The notes: generated by a model from the letters alone, not told the origin. 64,000 nt of DNA from Octopus bimaculoides (GCF_001194135.2 NC_068995.1:32889974-32953973), one strand, 5' to 3'; positions 12,412-26,307 are shown, counted from the stretch's first letter. Numbers and translations are program-made.

Positions 12412-14992
12412 TAGAAATAGAGAGAGAGAGAGAGAATGCATGTGTATGTGAGATGTATTGACTGGTGTGGATTCTGTGTTGTGTCAAATGTAATGCTTAT
12501 TTATTCATATTGTTTTGAATTATCCATTATCTTGTAGCCTCAAGATCAATATAATGTGATTGTTTATTTTTTGATTGACATTGTAGGGTAGTTGTGAGAG
12601 AAGCCTGATCTGGCTGGTTTGAACATAAAACAGGTAAACTATTTTGGCCAGATATATGGCCTCAAGCTGACCAAAGACTTGGGAGTGGATTTGGTAGATG
12701 GAAATTGAAAGAGGCCTGTGTGTGTGTGTGTCTTTGTATCTGTTTGTCCCTCACCACCACTTGACAACCAGTGTTTATATGTTTACGTCCCTGAAACTTA
12801 GTGGTTCGGCAAGAAAAATTGATAGAATAAGTACCAGGCTATACAAAAAAATAGTACTGGAGCCAATTCATTCAACTAAAATTCTTCAAAGCGGCACCCC
12901 AGTATGGCCACAGTCTAATGACTGAAACAAGTAAAAGAAGATATTTCTCATAGATAATGGCCATAGCCCTAACTAATTTCCAGTTAGTTGTAAGCATTCT
13001 TAGTAAAATAAATGCTTCACTTATATGAATTAATGTGAGCCTTGTGAGGTACACATGTACCTAGCTAACGCATAGACACTCATGCAAGTACATGTATACA
13101 CACATCACACTACACACAGAGTTGTTTATCTTTTTAGTCTTGTGGATGTCTCTTGGTGTGGGAGTGGTGAAACATTGCTCCTACCTTTGCTTACTTTCTC
13201 CCCAACTCCATTTCATTATTATTACAACATCTGTCTTACTGCTGTTATTTGGCCGTTTCAGTTTACATTTAATTTATAATAAACTTCTGATCTGAGTTTA
13301 GCTACATTTAAGAAAGGATCTTATGGTATAGATTTTGCTCAAATGAAAATGAAGGCAACTATTTTATCATAAATAGTTTAAAGTTGGGTGGAATCAATAC
13401 TAAAATTCTATACAATTTTTATTTTCAAAAGGAAATGAATAAATTCATTGCAGTCTTGAGATGTTATAAAATCCCTATCACTCTCTATCAGACATGCGTA
13501 GCCAGGATTGTATTCTCAGAATTTGTGTGTGCGCACGTGTAGGGCATCTGTTTGTGCATGCATGAATAAATCTATCTTTAAAATAAACAAGAATGCATGC
13601 CTGTTTGTTTTACATTTGGATAAAATTTTGGTAAAGGCAAAAGATAAGTTGCTATCATATTGATGTGGTAGTAGGTAGGCATGTTTCTGAATATCAAGTA
13701 AAAACTTGCAAAGTTTATGCAGGCACTGGTATGGCTGTGTGGTAAGAAGCTTGCTTCCCAACTACATGGTTCTGGGTTCTGTCCCACTATATGGCATCTT
13801 GGGCAAGTGTCTTCTACTATAACTTCAGGCCAACCAAAGCCTTAGGAGTAGATTTGGTAGGTAGATGGAAACTGAAAGAAGCCCATCATATGTGCGTGTG
13901 TATGAGCGTGTGCGTGTCTTTGTTTGTTCCCCACCACTGTTTAACAACTGCTGTTTGTTTACATCCTTATAACTTAGCGGTTTGGCAAAACAAAAGATCT
14001 ATAGAACAAGTACCAGGCTTAAAAGAATACAAATAAGCACTGAAGTTAATTCATTCCACTAATATTTCTTTAAGGCAGTGCCCCAGCATGGCCACAGTGC
14101 AATGACTGAAACAAGTGAAAGAAGATTCATTCATCCATCTATCCATCACTGGTACATGTGAAAAATTTCTCTCAACGATCTTGTCCATTAGTTTATAACT
14201 ATTTACCAGAGTGAGACCACTGACATCTAATTACAGCAGGGGAAGGTTGGATTGTACAATACAATTAAACATGTGTCTTGTTTGTTTATAGTACATGAAA
14301 TTGGATATATTGGATTAAGAAAAGATACTAGAGGCAGTGGTGTGATAGTTTTGTCAGAGTTTGGACTCAGCACCTTTACAGTTGTTAGTTTTCTCCCTTT
14401 GTTTTCTGATTTCAAATCTCACCAGAGTCAACTTTGAGTTCTCTTTTTCCAGGACCTATAAAGTAACTGAACATATAGTGTAGTCAATTTAATCTATTAT
14501 AAGCTTTCCTTATAAATTTCAAGGTACATTAAAATTGATGTTCCACCAGCTTTTTCACAGAGTTGGGAAAACCCTGCAGTTTGTCATAAGCTCCTAAATA
14601 CAAGCTGTTTTGGGTTTGGTTAGCTTTGGGGCTGAGTGACTTTAATTTTAATTTTTTTACACATTTGCTTATTTTGACATAATATATATAGGATTTAGTC
14701 TTTGAAATGACTTATTCTAATGGCTCTGATACTTTTTTCTATGACAGCTCTTTAATCTGTTAAAATGTTACAGTATCTTCATCTGACCTAAACATTTTCA
14801 ATTATTGAAAACAGTTATTAAAATTTCAAGCTGAGGATTTTTTTTTACCATCACCATCATCATCTTAATGTCCACTTTTCCATGCTAGCATGGGTCAGAA
14901 GGCATTTATTGAGACAGATTTTCTTTCTGTTGCCAATCTGCACCTGTTTCCAAGCAAGATAAATAATCTTTAGCTTTCAAATTTGGCGGAAG

Positions 14993-15462
14993 TCTGCTTT
15001 AAGCACACCATATAATCCCTCATAATTTATTTATTTTTGGAAATTTTCATTTTTTTTTTTGAATTTGTATCATACACATGGGAAATCACATGACTATGAA
15101 AAAATTTTTTTCTAATTTTATGAAATTAAAAAATTACTTCCTTTTTTTATTCACAGTTTAAAAATACACACAATTCAAACTTTTGGCTTAAATCCCAGTA
15201 ATAGATCATTGAATATGTTTATGGGGAGAAAGATATTGAAAACTTCAATACGTCAGACTGACGAACAAACAGGGAAGGTATGAGGATGTTGTGAGATGTG
15301 CTAAAAATAACAGCCCTTAAATCATGCATCAATTTTTTTTTTGTTTTGTTTTTGCATAATCAAGAATTCCCATTGTAGAACACAAATTTGCCAAAATTTT
15401 CTGAAAATTCTAAAAAAAATTTTTTTAAATTACGAGGGGTTATATGGTGTGCTTAAAGCAGA
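14993..15462. mobile_element. MITE of about 470 bp with long terminal inverted repeats
   Basis: tctgctttaagcacaccatataatccctcataattt (14993-15028) versus aaattacgaggggttatatggtgtgcttaaagcaga (15427-15462). Confidence 0.7.
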
Positions 15463-16420
15463 ATTTTACCACTGATTTTACAGTCTACCAGATCTGATTT
15501 CATGGGATTAACGTAATTAGACAGGCTTTCAAAAGTTTCATGTTCATATCCATGCTGTACACATAGGTGAAAAATGTAACTCATCGTATATTTTTGTGTT
15601 CACCTCAACTTTAGAGAGATTCCAGTAGATATCATTTATAGCACTTCTTAAGTTTCTCATGATTAAGTATTGTGGTATGAAAGAGTTGTTGACTTCTGTT
15701 TAATATTGGTATATAAAGAGAAGTAAATGTGTAATTATTGAGGGACAATAGGTGAATGTGGGCATAAGTTCAATCCTAATGTCAGCCAAGTTATATACTC
15801 TACTAGCTGACGTACCTGGTAATTCCTGGAAAAGTGGGGCTTATCTCCTGGTCCCGTTCTCATAATTGTTTTGCTAATCCAATAGGAACACTACAAAGTA
15901 TGTAGCCCTTAAAACAGTTTTTGTGCATTTACAGAGAATACCGAACCGTCTTACATAGGATTTTGTTTTTAGGAAATCCCAATAATTATGAATACCAAAA
16001 TCGTGAAGTCAGTTATGTAATAACCTGCAAATTAGTTACCCGATAGTAACAATTCAAATAAAGTAGCCCTGGAAAGGGCTTTAATGCATTCCCAGAGTAC
16101 ATAGAACTTAGGAGGAAATACCAATAAGGTATGTATACCAAAATCATGAAGCATGTCACGTAATTACAGGCAAATCGGATATGAGATAATAGCAATTCAA
16201 TGTCAGTAACTCTGAAAAGTTCTTCATGTAGTGCCTGTCAATTGGCTGAAATGACATGAAAGGCATCGTCATTCATGGTATATTCATGAATAAGTCACTA
16301 ACCGAAATAAGTAGATCTTTTGTTGAGGAAAATACTACTTACTTGTTTAAGGGTTGTTCTGGGTAAAGTGCGAAAATAACCCTAACATCATACGAACAGG
16401 AACTGCTATAAAACCATTTA

Positions 16421-17654
16421 TATAGAGTTAACCAAAATGTCCATTTGGTTTTTTAAGCAAAAATAAGACAAGTTTTAAACATAAAGTGATGTATTCAATC
16501 AATGATATAAGTACCATTTCATTCCAGTCTCTGCTGCCATGCTGTAGGCAGATCAATTATTCCCTTCTCAAAAAGAATTTCCTGTCTTTACTGGTGAAAA
16601 ACTCTCCCTGGTGAATTTTTACATCCTTTTCAGAATTGAAAATTTGTCCATTCACTGAACTTTGAAGACACCAAAACAGGTGGAAACATAAAGGCAGATG
16701 GTCAGGTGAATATGGAGGGTGCAGCAGAACTTCTGAACCAAGTTCCAGTAACTTCTGCCATGCCTGCAAAGAAGTGTGTGGTCTGGCATTATTGTGATGA
16801 AAGATAATGTCCTTACAGTCAGAAAGTGCTGGACACTTCTGGTGGATCACTGCATTTAATTTGTCCAGCTGGACACAGTACATATCCAAATTGATGGTCC
16901 TGTCCATGGGAAGGAGCTCATACAAGACAACACCCTTCCAATCCTACCAAATTGAAAGCATAATCTTCTTTGGGTGAAGTTCTGCTTTGGAGGTTGTTAG
17001 TGGTGGTTTGCCACTTTTCTCTCATGATTATTTGTGCTTCACATCATTGTAGACAACCCATTTTTCATCCCTTGTCATCATTCTCTTCAAAAAAGGATCA
17101 TTTCCATCACGTTCCTGCAACAAATTGCAGATGGAAATCCATTATGCAAGTTTAGCCTCATTCAATTGATGCAGATGGGTTTCAACATTCTGTTTGGATA
17201 TTTGGAGAATATCTGTGATCATCTTGATCGTAGAACAGGAGTTGGTATTGACTAGCACCTTCATTTTGTTGCTGTTGGCTGGCCAGTGCATGGTGCATCT
17301 TGAACCAAAAGGTTTCACAGTCGAAATCTTGAAAATCACTTTTGGCAAGAACATTCCATAACAGCAGCCTCTCTACAGAACATATATCTTCCTGCAGGTT
17401 TCCACCACTTTCTTGTCATTGTTAAAAATTAAAAAAAAAAAATGCAGTGTTGAAAATGTTTGTTTTGCCCATTTTTAGGGTGATCCCATGCACACAAAAT
17501 ACATGCCTCATTGCAAGTTTGTGTTGAACTATATTGAATTGCCATGTATCTAACAAGTGTGCATGCACAAGGAAGACTAAAGTTAGCTACTTATTAGAGT
17601 GTCTGTACTTCAGTGTCTACAAAAACTGGAACAAACTTCTTGGCCAACCCAACA
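16421..17654 (-). mobile_element. Decayed mariner transposon (about 1.23 kb) with a frameshifted transposase pseudogene
   Basis: ORF 16557-16925 contains HHNNARPHT and LLHPPYSPDHLP (mariner HDNARPH / HPPYSPDLAP). An N-terminal fragment lies at 17142-17354, and the degenerate TIRs are tatagagttaaccaa... / ...ttggccaacccaaca. Confidence 0.85.
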
Positions 17655-17985
17655 GATGAATTTAAACATTTTCATACATTCTTATGTGTCTGTGTCTCTA
17701 TGTTATAGAATGTAATAGAATAGATATGTTTATTTAAAGTTTTTCACATCATGTAAATTTGAATGCATTTGAAATTAGGTGGAACTCTTAAGTCAAACAA
17801 ATGTGGTCACACCTATCATATATCTTAGAAGAAGAAATTTAGAAATCAGTTTTAATTTAAATACCACTCCTACCATTAACCAATTATTCATATAAAAGGG
17901 GATTATAAATCTGTTCTCAGCTAGGTTGGCTAACAACATCCATGTTACTTGCATCAACATCACATATTTAAAGAGGTTAATTATG

Positions 17986-18862
17986 TAAGAGGCAGTATCA
18001 AAAAGTTCCTGGACTAATTATGTTTAATAAAAAATGACTTATTTAACCTAAGTTCTAACATCATCCCCTTTGAAATAGTCACCTTGTGCAGCAATACACT
18101 GATCCCAGCATTCCTACCACTTTTGGAATCCAGTCTGGAAGTTGTTTTCCATAAGTGAGTTGAGGACCTTTTGTGATTCACTCTAGATCTTGACAATGGT
18201 GTTAAAATGGTGCTCTTTGAGCTGCATTTTCATCTTGGGAAAGAGACAAAAGTTTGCAGGTGCTAAATCTGGCGAACAGGGTGGGTGTGGAAGTGATACC
18301 ATGTTCTTTTTGGCAAGAAACTCATGAGTGAGGAAAGCTTGGTGACAGGGTGCATTGTTATGACAATTTTTCACGCTCCACAGAGCCAGCTGATTTCACT
18401 AAATGTCCTCCCTCAAACGTTTCAAAATGTCACAGTAGAATTATTGATTAATAGTTTGGGTCTGGGAGACAAATTCTCGATGCACTATACCACAGATTTT
18501 GAAAAAACGAGCATGCTTTTGATTAAGCTGCTGCTCTGTCATGCCTTTTGAAGTGCCTGTGCCACATGAAACATGTGTATGACCTATTGCCTTGTCGCTG
18601 TAAGCTTGCTGAAAGCATTCTCAATGTCTGTGTAGCAGACTTCCCAAGTTTAATGCAAAATTTCACATTGGCTCTTTGTTCCAGCATGCTGTCCATGATG
18701 AAAATCACATAGACTACAGCATACATGTGATCAGGAAAACACAAATTTCAGCACAATGCCTGATGAAGGTCAATTCTAGTTCTCACTGCACATGCAACCA
18801 TGTACTGCTATCTGTTGGCACACTACAGCACTAGTTTGGAAACTTTTTGAAACAACCTTGTA
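17986..18862 (-). mobile_element. Internally deleted mariner element (877 bp)
   Basis: TIRs ...gtatcaaaaagttcctggact / gtttggaaactttttgaaacaacc. The N-terminal piece MLEQRANVKFCIKLGKSATQT (18523-18744) lies close to the C-terminal piece HNNAPCH...PHPPCSPDLAPANFCLFPKMK (18183-18374). Confidence 0.85.
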
Positions 18863-19074
18863 TTCCACACTATCCATCATTTAACATAATTATCATGTAT
18901 TATCCTTTTTATATCCACTTTTCCATGCTGATATTGGATGAGACTTGTTGAGACTCCCTTCTTGGTGTCAAACTTTATTTCAAACTGCCAAGCGGCTAGA
19001 TTTTTTTGACGAGGAATATAAATCAGTATCACCACTGCCAAGATTAATGGGGCCACCCATCTCTCCCCATACAT

Positions 19075-19107
<33 letters not shown>

Positions 19108-21672
19108 CACCCATACATACACATGCACACAGATACATTTATACATACAAATGGGTGGCTTCCACACCATTTCCATCTACTGAATTTCATTCATAAGGTA
19201 TTGGTCCACCTGAAGCTAGAATAGAAGACCCCTAAGGTATTTTGTAATGGGACCAAATCCTATACCAAATGGTTGCAAAGTGAACTTTGTAACCACACAG
19301 CCCTATTTATCCCATATTTGATTTCTGTTATGATTGTTTTAGGTTATAGCTGAAATTAGCTCAGAGCTCCTGATTTATATTTAAATACATATTTATTGTG
19401 TTCTATGCTGTAATTTATATTGTGGCGTAGTAGCAAACCCACAGTGTGTCAGCTGTGTCATACAGGTTTGTTTTACAGTTGTGCAAATTCTATTTATGTA
19501 CTCATCATTCTTACAAGCTCTTGGCAGTAGCCCAGGTTATGTTAAAGCATGTCTATCTTACACACTATTTAGACAGTGGTTTTTGATCATGATACACTAC
19601 ATAGATATTGGTTTTTGAGGTGACATACATTATTTTAATTCTAACTGCTGAGAAGATTAACCTTCTAACTGAGAAGATTAACCTTTAATCCAGTCATATT
19701 CGGTCCAAATATTCTAACCCGTTTTATGTTAAAACTAACCAGATCTAACCTCTCATACCTGTCCTACACTGTCATTCTAAAAATATACACTGACACCACT
19801 GAAATCTTGAAGCTACAAAATAATGCATGATTAATTCAAAACAATGTGAAAAAATAAGCAATACATTTGACGAAGAAATCTGAATGCTAAAAGTTTAGAA
19901 GAGAGAGTTCATGTCTCTTTGAGCTTCCATTACTTGTGGGCAGAAATTATTCTCAGACAGGGAACCAGGTACTGGTGTTAAATCAGCCAATGGGTTAGAT
20001 CTACCACATATGAACAGGAAAGTTCTATTTGATGGGTTCCATGCTATTTCCATGTACCAAATTTCACTCACAAGTTAACCCAACTCTGTAGCAGACGTTT
20101 TGAGGGGTTATACAGTGAGATCCAGCTTCAAACCACACAACTGTGAAGTAAGCTTCTTAGCAACCTTTAAAAGTTATCAGTTATTTTCCTTTTTATACTA
20201 TCATTTAAACATGTTCCAAATTTCAGTACCTATGATAGGCTACTGGTCTTGGTTGTAATTGAGTTTGAACTCGTGACCAGATTCATAGATAGTTTCCTAC
20301 ATTAACCTTAATAGCAACTGATTATTAAATTTCTTTCTATAATCAGACTTTTTTTTTTGTGCTGATGTCAGTTAGATGTTTCTGTAAAATCAAGTGTTGA
20401 TATGAGTTATTATAGGAATATATTTTGGTATGAACTGTCGGGAATATTTTGTACACATGGATTAACCAACAAGGGTCAATACATTCATGTAGGCCTTTCA
20501 GCCACAAGCTGGGTGTCATATTAGTTTCTCAAGTAAACAAGATAGTTTTGCATGTGGTCACAATATTGTACCTCTATTAAGATGTTTATGTTAACTATTA
20601 TCATACATGCCAGTAGTAGGTGTAGTAGTAGCAACAGCAGCAGTGAATACTGGTATTCGTTTAACAAAAATTCAATAAAATCAAGAAGATGAAACCAATA
20701 ATTAAATGAAATGTTATTTTTGTTGCTGTCATCGGTATTGTGATGGAAGGTCGCAACACTGATAACTGTGAAGCCCTTCCTTTTACTGCAGGAAGTCAAC
20801 AAGGTTATTTAGTGCATGTCTAACATGCTCTGAGGGCATTTTTTGACATGACAGCTATTGGTGTAATTCAGTGGGAAGGGCTGTGTTAAACACCCTCTGT
20901 CTCTCTGTTCTTTGTGATGATGGTGGCAGCAGCAGCAGCAGTAATGCTTGCTGTGGTTGCACTGACATGAATCAGTGCAAGATACAGCAAGGTCAAGTCA
21001 ACTGCGAAGAATAATAAATCTACTCACTGTTTAATGGTAGGATTTAGACTGATGCACTTGTTGTGTAGCCCCCTTTGACCCCTGTTACCGAGTGTATTTT
21101 TTTATTTTGATTTTTCTTGTCATCTTAGAGTATCAACACCGCCATTACTGTTATTACTATTATCACCACTATCTCATAGCTTTTCTGATTGGGTTGTGTT
21201 TGCTACATTCACTAGAAATTACGTAATATCTGCAAGGCCAGTTTCTTTTGTTTTACATGACCTGCAGTATTGCATGAAACCCAGATCAGGCCTGTCTCTT
21301 TCACTAGTTATCTTCAAAGTCAAGAATCTCACATGGCACTCATATAGCTGCTACTGTACTCCAGCACCAACACATTTTTGATTTAAAAACAATTGTCAAG
21401 ATAAGGCTCTCAACAATTCTATTAAATCACAACTCTCCTTTTATCATATCACTCTTTTAAGACAACCTTCAACAACACTTAATATTTGATATCTTAGTGC
21501 AAAGGCAGGTTCATGTGGTTAGAAAGTTTGCTTCAGAATCATGAAGTTTCAAGGCTGATCCCATTTTCATGGCATTTTGGGCAAGTATCTTCTACCTTAG
21601 CTGCAAGTTGTCCCAAACCTGTGAATGAAATTGAAGAAACAAAACCTAGGGAAGCCCATCAGAGAGACTAAT

Positions 21673-21896
21673 TTAACCCTTTAACATTCAGATTTCTTTG
21701 TCAAATGTAATGCTTATTTATTCATATTGTTTTGAATTAATCATTCTCTTGCAGCTTCAAGATTTCAATGGTGTGTTTGTATACTTTTAGAATGACATTT
21801 TAGGGTAGGTCTGAGAGGTTGGATCTAGCCAGTTTAGCATAAAACACGTGAAATATTAAGGCCAGTTATGACTGATTTAAATGCTTAAAGGGTTAA
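21673..21896. mobile_element. piggyBac-type MITE (TTAA-CCCTT...AAGGG-TTAA), abundant family
   Basis: ttaaccctttaacatt ... aatgcttaaagggttaa. Related copies at about 38500-38712, 39190-39424 and 61775-61983, plus fragments. Confidence 0.65.
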
Positions 21897-22007
21897 AAGG
21901 CTATCTTTCTGGCATGCTTTTCTGCATTAAAGGTACCATGTATGTGGAATACTCTATAACTTACTAATATGATGAGTAGGTACACATGTAGCAACTACAC
22001 ATGTAGT

Positions 22008-22390
22008 GGAAGCCCAATGGCCCAGTGGTTAGGGCAGTGAGCTCGTGGTCATAGGATCGCGGTTTCAATTCCCAGACTGGGCGTTGTGAGTGTTTATTGA
22101 GCAAAAACACCTAAAGTTCCACGAGGCTCTGGCAGAGGGTTATGGTGAACCCTGCTGTACTCTTCCACCACAACTTTCTCTCACTCTTTCCCCCTGTTTC
22201 TGTTGTACCTGTATTTCAAAGAGCCAGCCTTGTTACACTCTGTGTCACACTGAATCTCTCCAAGAACTACATTAAGGGTACACGTGTCTGTGGAGTGCTC
22301 AGTCACTTGCATGCTAATTTCATGAGCAGGCTGTTCCGTTGATCGGATCAACTGGTACCCTCTTTGTCGTAACTAACAGAGTGCCACAAT
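22008..22390 (+). mobile_element. tRNA-headed SINE family C with a candidate 9-bp TSD
   Basis: Head tggcccagtggttagggc...ggtttcaattccc; acatgtagt on both sides (21999-22007 and 22391-22399). An inverted copy lies at 45310-45691. Confidence 0.7.
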
Positions 22391-23285
22391 ACATGTAGTA
22401 AGGGCACTCTATCACTAATACAATGAGAAGGGATGGTAGTTTGCTAAACAACTGAAGTGACACATTGTCAAAACTATTTAGCTTGTGTGATTGATTCAGA
22501 ATATATTGTCCAACTTAACTCTTTTTCTATTCTTATGTCATTGTCTCTAATAATTGTCAGCTTTCGAATTTGAGCCATCAAACCTTATGCAGGGAACTTG
22601 TTATGAGCAAATATCAACTCTGGTTCTTTTAATTATTGAGCTCATCCCAGTTAGCTCTGTTTGGACAGACATATGATACAGAAGTAGCTAATTGAGAGCC
22701 ATCAGTATATGACATGTTTCATTATGGTTTTGTTACTGCAGTATATGAATATATTATGTACTAAATTTCACCCACAACCCTCCTACCTTCTTTTAAAATG
22801 TACAAAAACACCACAGTATTAAATTCTTTTAATAACATGGCAAATAAATAGGAAGGGCAATCATAGCTTGAATAGCAGCTAAAGCAATAGTCTAACTCAT
22901 TGTTGGCTTTGGTGAATCTAAAGATATATCATTTTAATATGTAAAAAAAACAAAAAAAAAACAAATGTTTGGCTAAGAAAGCAGTTATTTGCTGAAAATG
23001 CAAATAATTTGGCTATACGGCAAAATATTGTAATGAATAAAACATTTTCACAAAAGAAAACACAAAAAAATGGGCAATTATTACTAAAATAGAACTGCCA
23101 TGAGAGAATCTTGTACATAATACAAGAAAAAGTAAAACTTATTTTTACGAATGAGAAGATATAAAAAGAAATTTATAGTTGTTTCTTGTTTTGCAGGTTT
23201 GTTAGATTTTAGAAATAGTTTGCTTGTCCTTATCCTCTGTTTATACATTGGTATCACCTGTAAATAATAGTGGAGAATCACTAAA

Positions 23286-24762
23286 TCATCATCATCATCA
23301 TCATCATCGTTTAACGTCCGCTTTCCATGCTAGCATGGGTTGGACGATTTGACTGAGGACTGGTGAAACCGGATGGCAACACCAGGCTCCAGTCTGATTT
23401 GGCAGAGTTTCTACAGCTGGATGCCCTTCCTAACGCCAACCACTCAGAGAGTGTAGTGGGTGCTTTTACGTGTCACCCGCACGAAAACGGCCACGCTCGA
23501 AATGGTGTCTTTTATGTGCCACCCGCACAAGCCANNNNNNNNNNNNNNNNNNNNNNNNNNNNNNNNNNNNNNNNNNNNNNNNNNNNNNNNNNNNNNNNNN
23601 NNNNNNNNNNNNNNNNNNNNNNNNNNNNNNNNNNNNNNNNNNNNNNNNNNNNNNNNNNNNNNNNNNNNNNNNNNNNNNNNNNNNNNNNNNNNNNNNNNNN
23701 NNNNNNNNNNNNNNNNNNNNNNNNNNNNNNNNNNNNNNNNNNNNNNNNNNNNNNNNNNNNNNNNNNNNNNNNNNNNNNNNNNNNNNNNNNNNNNNNNNNN
23801 NNNNNNNNNNNNNNNNNNNNNNNNNNNNNNNNNNNNNNNNNNNNNNNNNNNNNNNNNNNNNNNNNNNNNNNNNNNNNNNNNNNNNNNNNNNNNNNNNNNN
23901 NNNNNNNNNNNNNNNNNNNNNNNNNNNNNNNNNNNNNNNNNNNNNNNNNNNNNNNNNNNNNNNNNNNNNNNNNNNNNNNNNNNNNNNNNNNNNNNNNNNN
24001 NNNNNNNNNNNNNNNNNNNNNNNNNNNNNNNNNNNNNNNNNNNNNNNNNNNNNNNNNNNNNNNNNNNNNNNNNNNNNNNNNNNNNNNNNNNNNNNNNNNN
24101 NNNNNNNNNNNNNNNNNNNNNNNNNNNNNNNNNNNNNNNNNNNNNNNNNNNNNNNNNNNNNNNNNNNNNNNNNNNNNNNNNNNNNNNNNNNNNNNNNNNN
24201 NNNNNNNNNNNNNNNNNNNNNNNNNNNNNNNNNNNNNNNNNNNNNNNNNNNNNNNNNNNNNNNNNNNNNNNNNNNNNNNNNNNNNNNNNNNNNNNNNNNN
24301 NNNNNNNNNNNNNNNNNNNNNNNNNNNNNNNNNNNNNNNNNNNNNNNNNNNNNNNNNNNNNNNNNNNNNNNNNNNNNNNNNNNNNNNNNNNNNNNNNNNN
24401 NNNAACATCTGCCACAAACAAAAACTAACTTGCTAGTTAACCTGCCTTTGATGTTGCTGCACCTCTTATGTGTCCATAGCTTGCACCGGGTACATCTTAT
24501 AGAGTTACTACCTACTCCTTTTCTACATACTGAGCAGGGCCATCTACCTGAAGGGGTTTGTGTTTTATCTACCTTCCTACTTATTAGGATTTTGGTTTTA
24601 GCTAGGTTGACTCTAAGGCCCTTCAATTCTAGACCTTGCTTCCACACCTGAAACTTCTCCTCTAGTTCTGATAGTGACTCCGCAATTAGGGCAAGGTCAT
24701 CAGCATAGAGGAGCTCCCAGGGGCAACCTGTCTTGAACTCCTCTGTGATTGCCTGGAGGACT
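23286..24762 (-). mobile_element. 5'-truncated RTE-clade LINE (RT fragment, PHD-like finger, N gap, 3' tail)
   Basis: Minus frame 24404-24762 reads LQAITEEFKTGCPWELLYADDLALIAES...GLRVNLAKTK...WPCSVC...CTRC...HKRC...CGRC. The (GAT)n tail is at 23286-23534. Linkage across the N gap 23535-24403 is inferred from orientation and plausible length. Confidence 0.8.
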
Positions 24763-25251
24763 AGTGAAATTATAATAATAATATCTTTTGCTGATGTTGA
24801 AAAGTCTCTATAACATTTCTGATAATTAATTCTCTGTCCAAGAAGAATAGGAGGCACGGTTGAGTCTAACAGAATTTGAATGGGGAGCTAAAACTATAGA
24901 CTGTACACACATAACTCAGTACTGTTAGTGCTAAATCACCCACTCTTTTTAGTATGATAATGAGTTATTGCTGAAGTACAGAACACATATATTTTGAAGG
25001 AAAAGGATTGTGTGATGTTCATTGACATCTCAAACATTTAATCCTATTGTAATGTCAACTGTCATCTCAGCTTTCTTTGATCAAGGCAATGTGTTTTCAC
25101 ATTAGATTGTAAATAATAAATCTTAGCTGTTTATAAGCTAGTCTAATGACCTGGTCAAATGCCCAGGCAACAAGTTGATTTTCAGCTACGATTAATTAAG
25201 GAAAAAGTTTAGCCATGTTGATTAAATGTTTTTTAATAAACTATATCTGAT

Positions 25252-25452
25252 ACACAAAAACCGTTAGATTCACTTCAACATTTAAATTTAATTTGTCAAA
25301 ATATTTTCGTCGCTTTGAGACCGCGACCTGTTCACTGACAAAATTCTGTGCTGCACAGAATTTTGTCAGTGAACATGTCACGGTCCCAAAGCGACGAAAA
25401 TATTTTGACAAATTAAATTTAAATGTTGAAGTGAATCTAACGGTTTTTGTGT
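25252..25452. repeat. 201-bp near-perfect palindrome (fold-back MITE-like element)
   Basis: acacaaaaaccgttagattcac...tgtgc-T-gcaca...gtgaatctaacggtttttgtgt, centred on 25352. I count 3 mismatches. Confidence 0.9.
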
Positions 25453-26307
25453 GTTATTTTAAATGGGTTATAAACACCTTCCATGCTGCAATTGTTTTCG
25501 TTCCAGCACACGATCTCATATTAGGTCCCTTGCTGTGCAAGTACATCTCCGTATATCTGATAATTTTACTATTAATTGGCCTCCTTACTGACTTGACTCC
25601 CTGGTTTATCTCCTGCAAAAATGCATCAGTCAGATAAAGCCTCTTAGTAGGCAATATTTCTTGTTTGGTTATTTGGAGCCATGAAAATTCCTCAGTACCT
25701 CCAGTTCTGGAAGCTGCAATGTATACTAATTGTCCTTGAAAGAAGCATTGAATTGAGAAATCCAAACTGATTGCTTTAAAGACCTGTCCTTGTACCCTAT
25801 TCATAATCATAGTAAAACACATTATGAGGTAATGAATGAAATTATCTTCATTGATAATCACTAACTGTTTACAGAATGTGAAAATGTGCAACCTTTGTAG
25901 GTTGTATTTACAACAGTGTTTGGGATCCTATATAATATGCAGGAGTATAATGCATTTGTATGTTAATCTTTTTTGTTTGTAAGTTTCCAATATAATAAAA
26001 TGCTAGAAATTTAGGAGGATAGCTCAAGTGTGAAGATGAAAAGTGAAAGATAAAGTTTAGGGGAAAGAGATGACAGATGAAGAATGGGGATTAGAAGAAA
26101 AATAAGGCAGAGCAAAAAGAACAATATTGACAACAGTAAATGATATGGTACAGGTTACATTTTTGTTTCTGTTTTATAATATAGCACTGGTTGCTATTAA
26201 AGATCATATTTGTATATCATATAGGTTGTAACCATATGATGGTATTTTCATTTCAAGTTATGATACAGGTTCTATGAGTGCAGTTTACAACAATACATGA
26301 TTTCGCA

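Noticed and set aside
15781-15826. ATG...MSAKLYTLLADVP-G|gtaatt, and 20744-20804 MEGRNTDNCEALPFTAGSQQ-G|gttatt, as possible first exons
   Set aside because: Both end in phase 1, whereas exon A needs a phase-2 donor, and neither resembles an ANKLE1 N-terminus.
23363-24651. Long ORFs of 300-460 aa in the ORF track spanning 23535-24403
   Set aside because: They are open only because of the N gap (poly-X). Only the RT fragment at 24404-24762 is real coding remnant.
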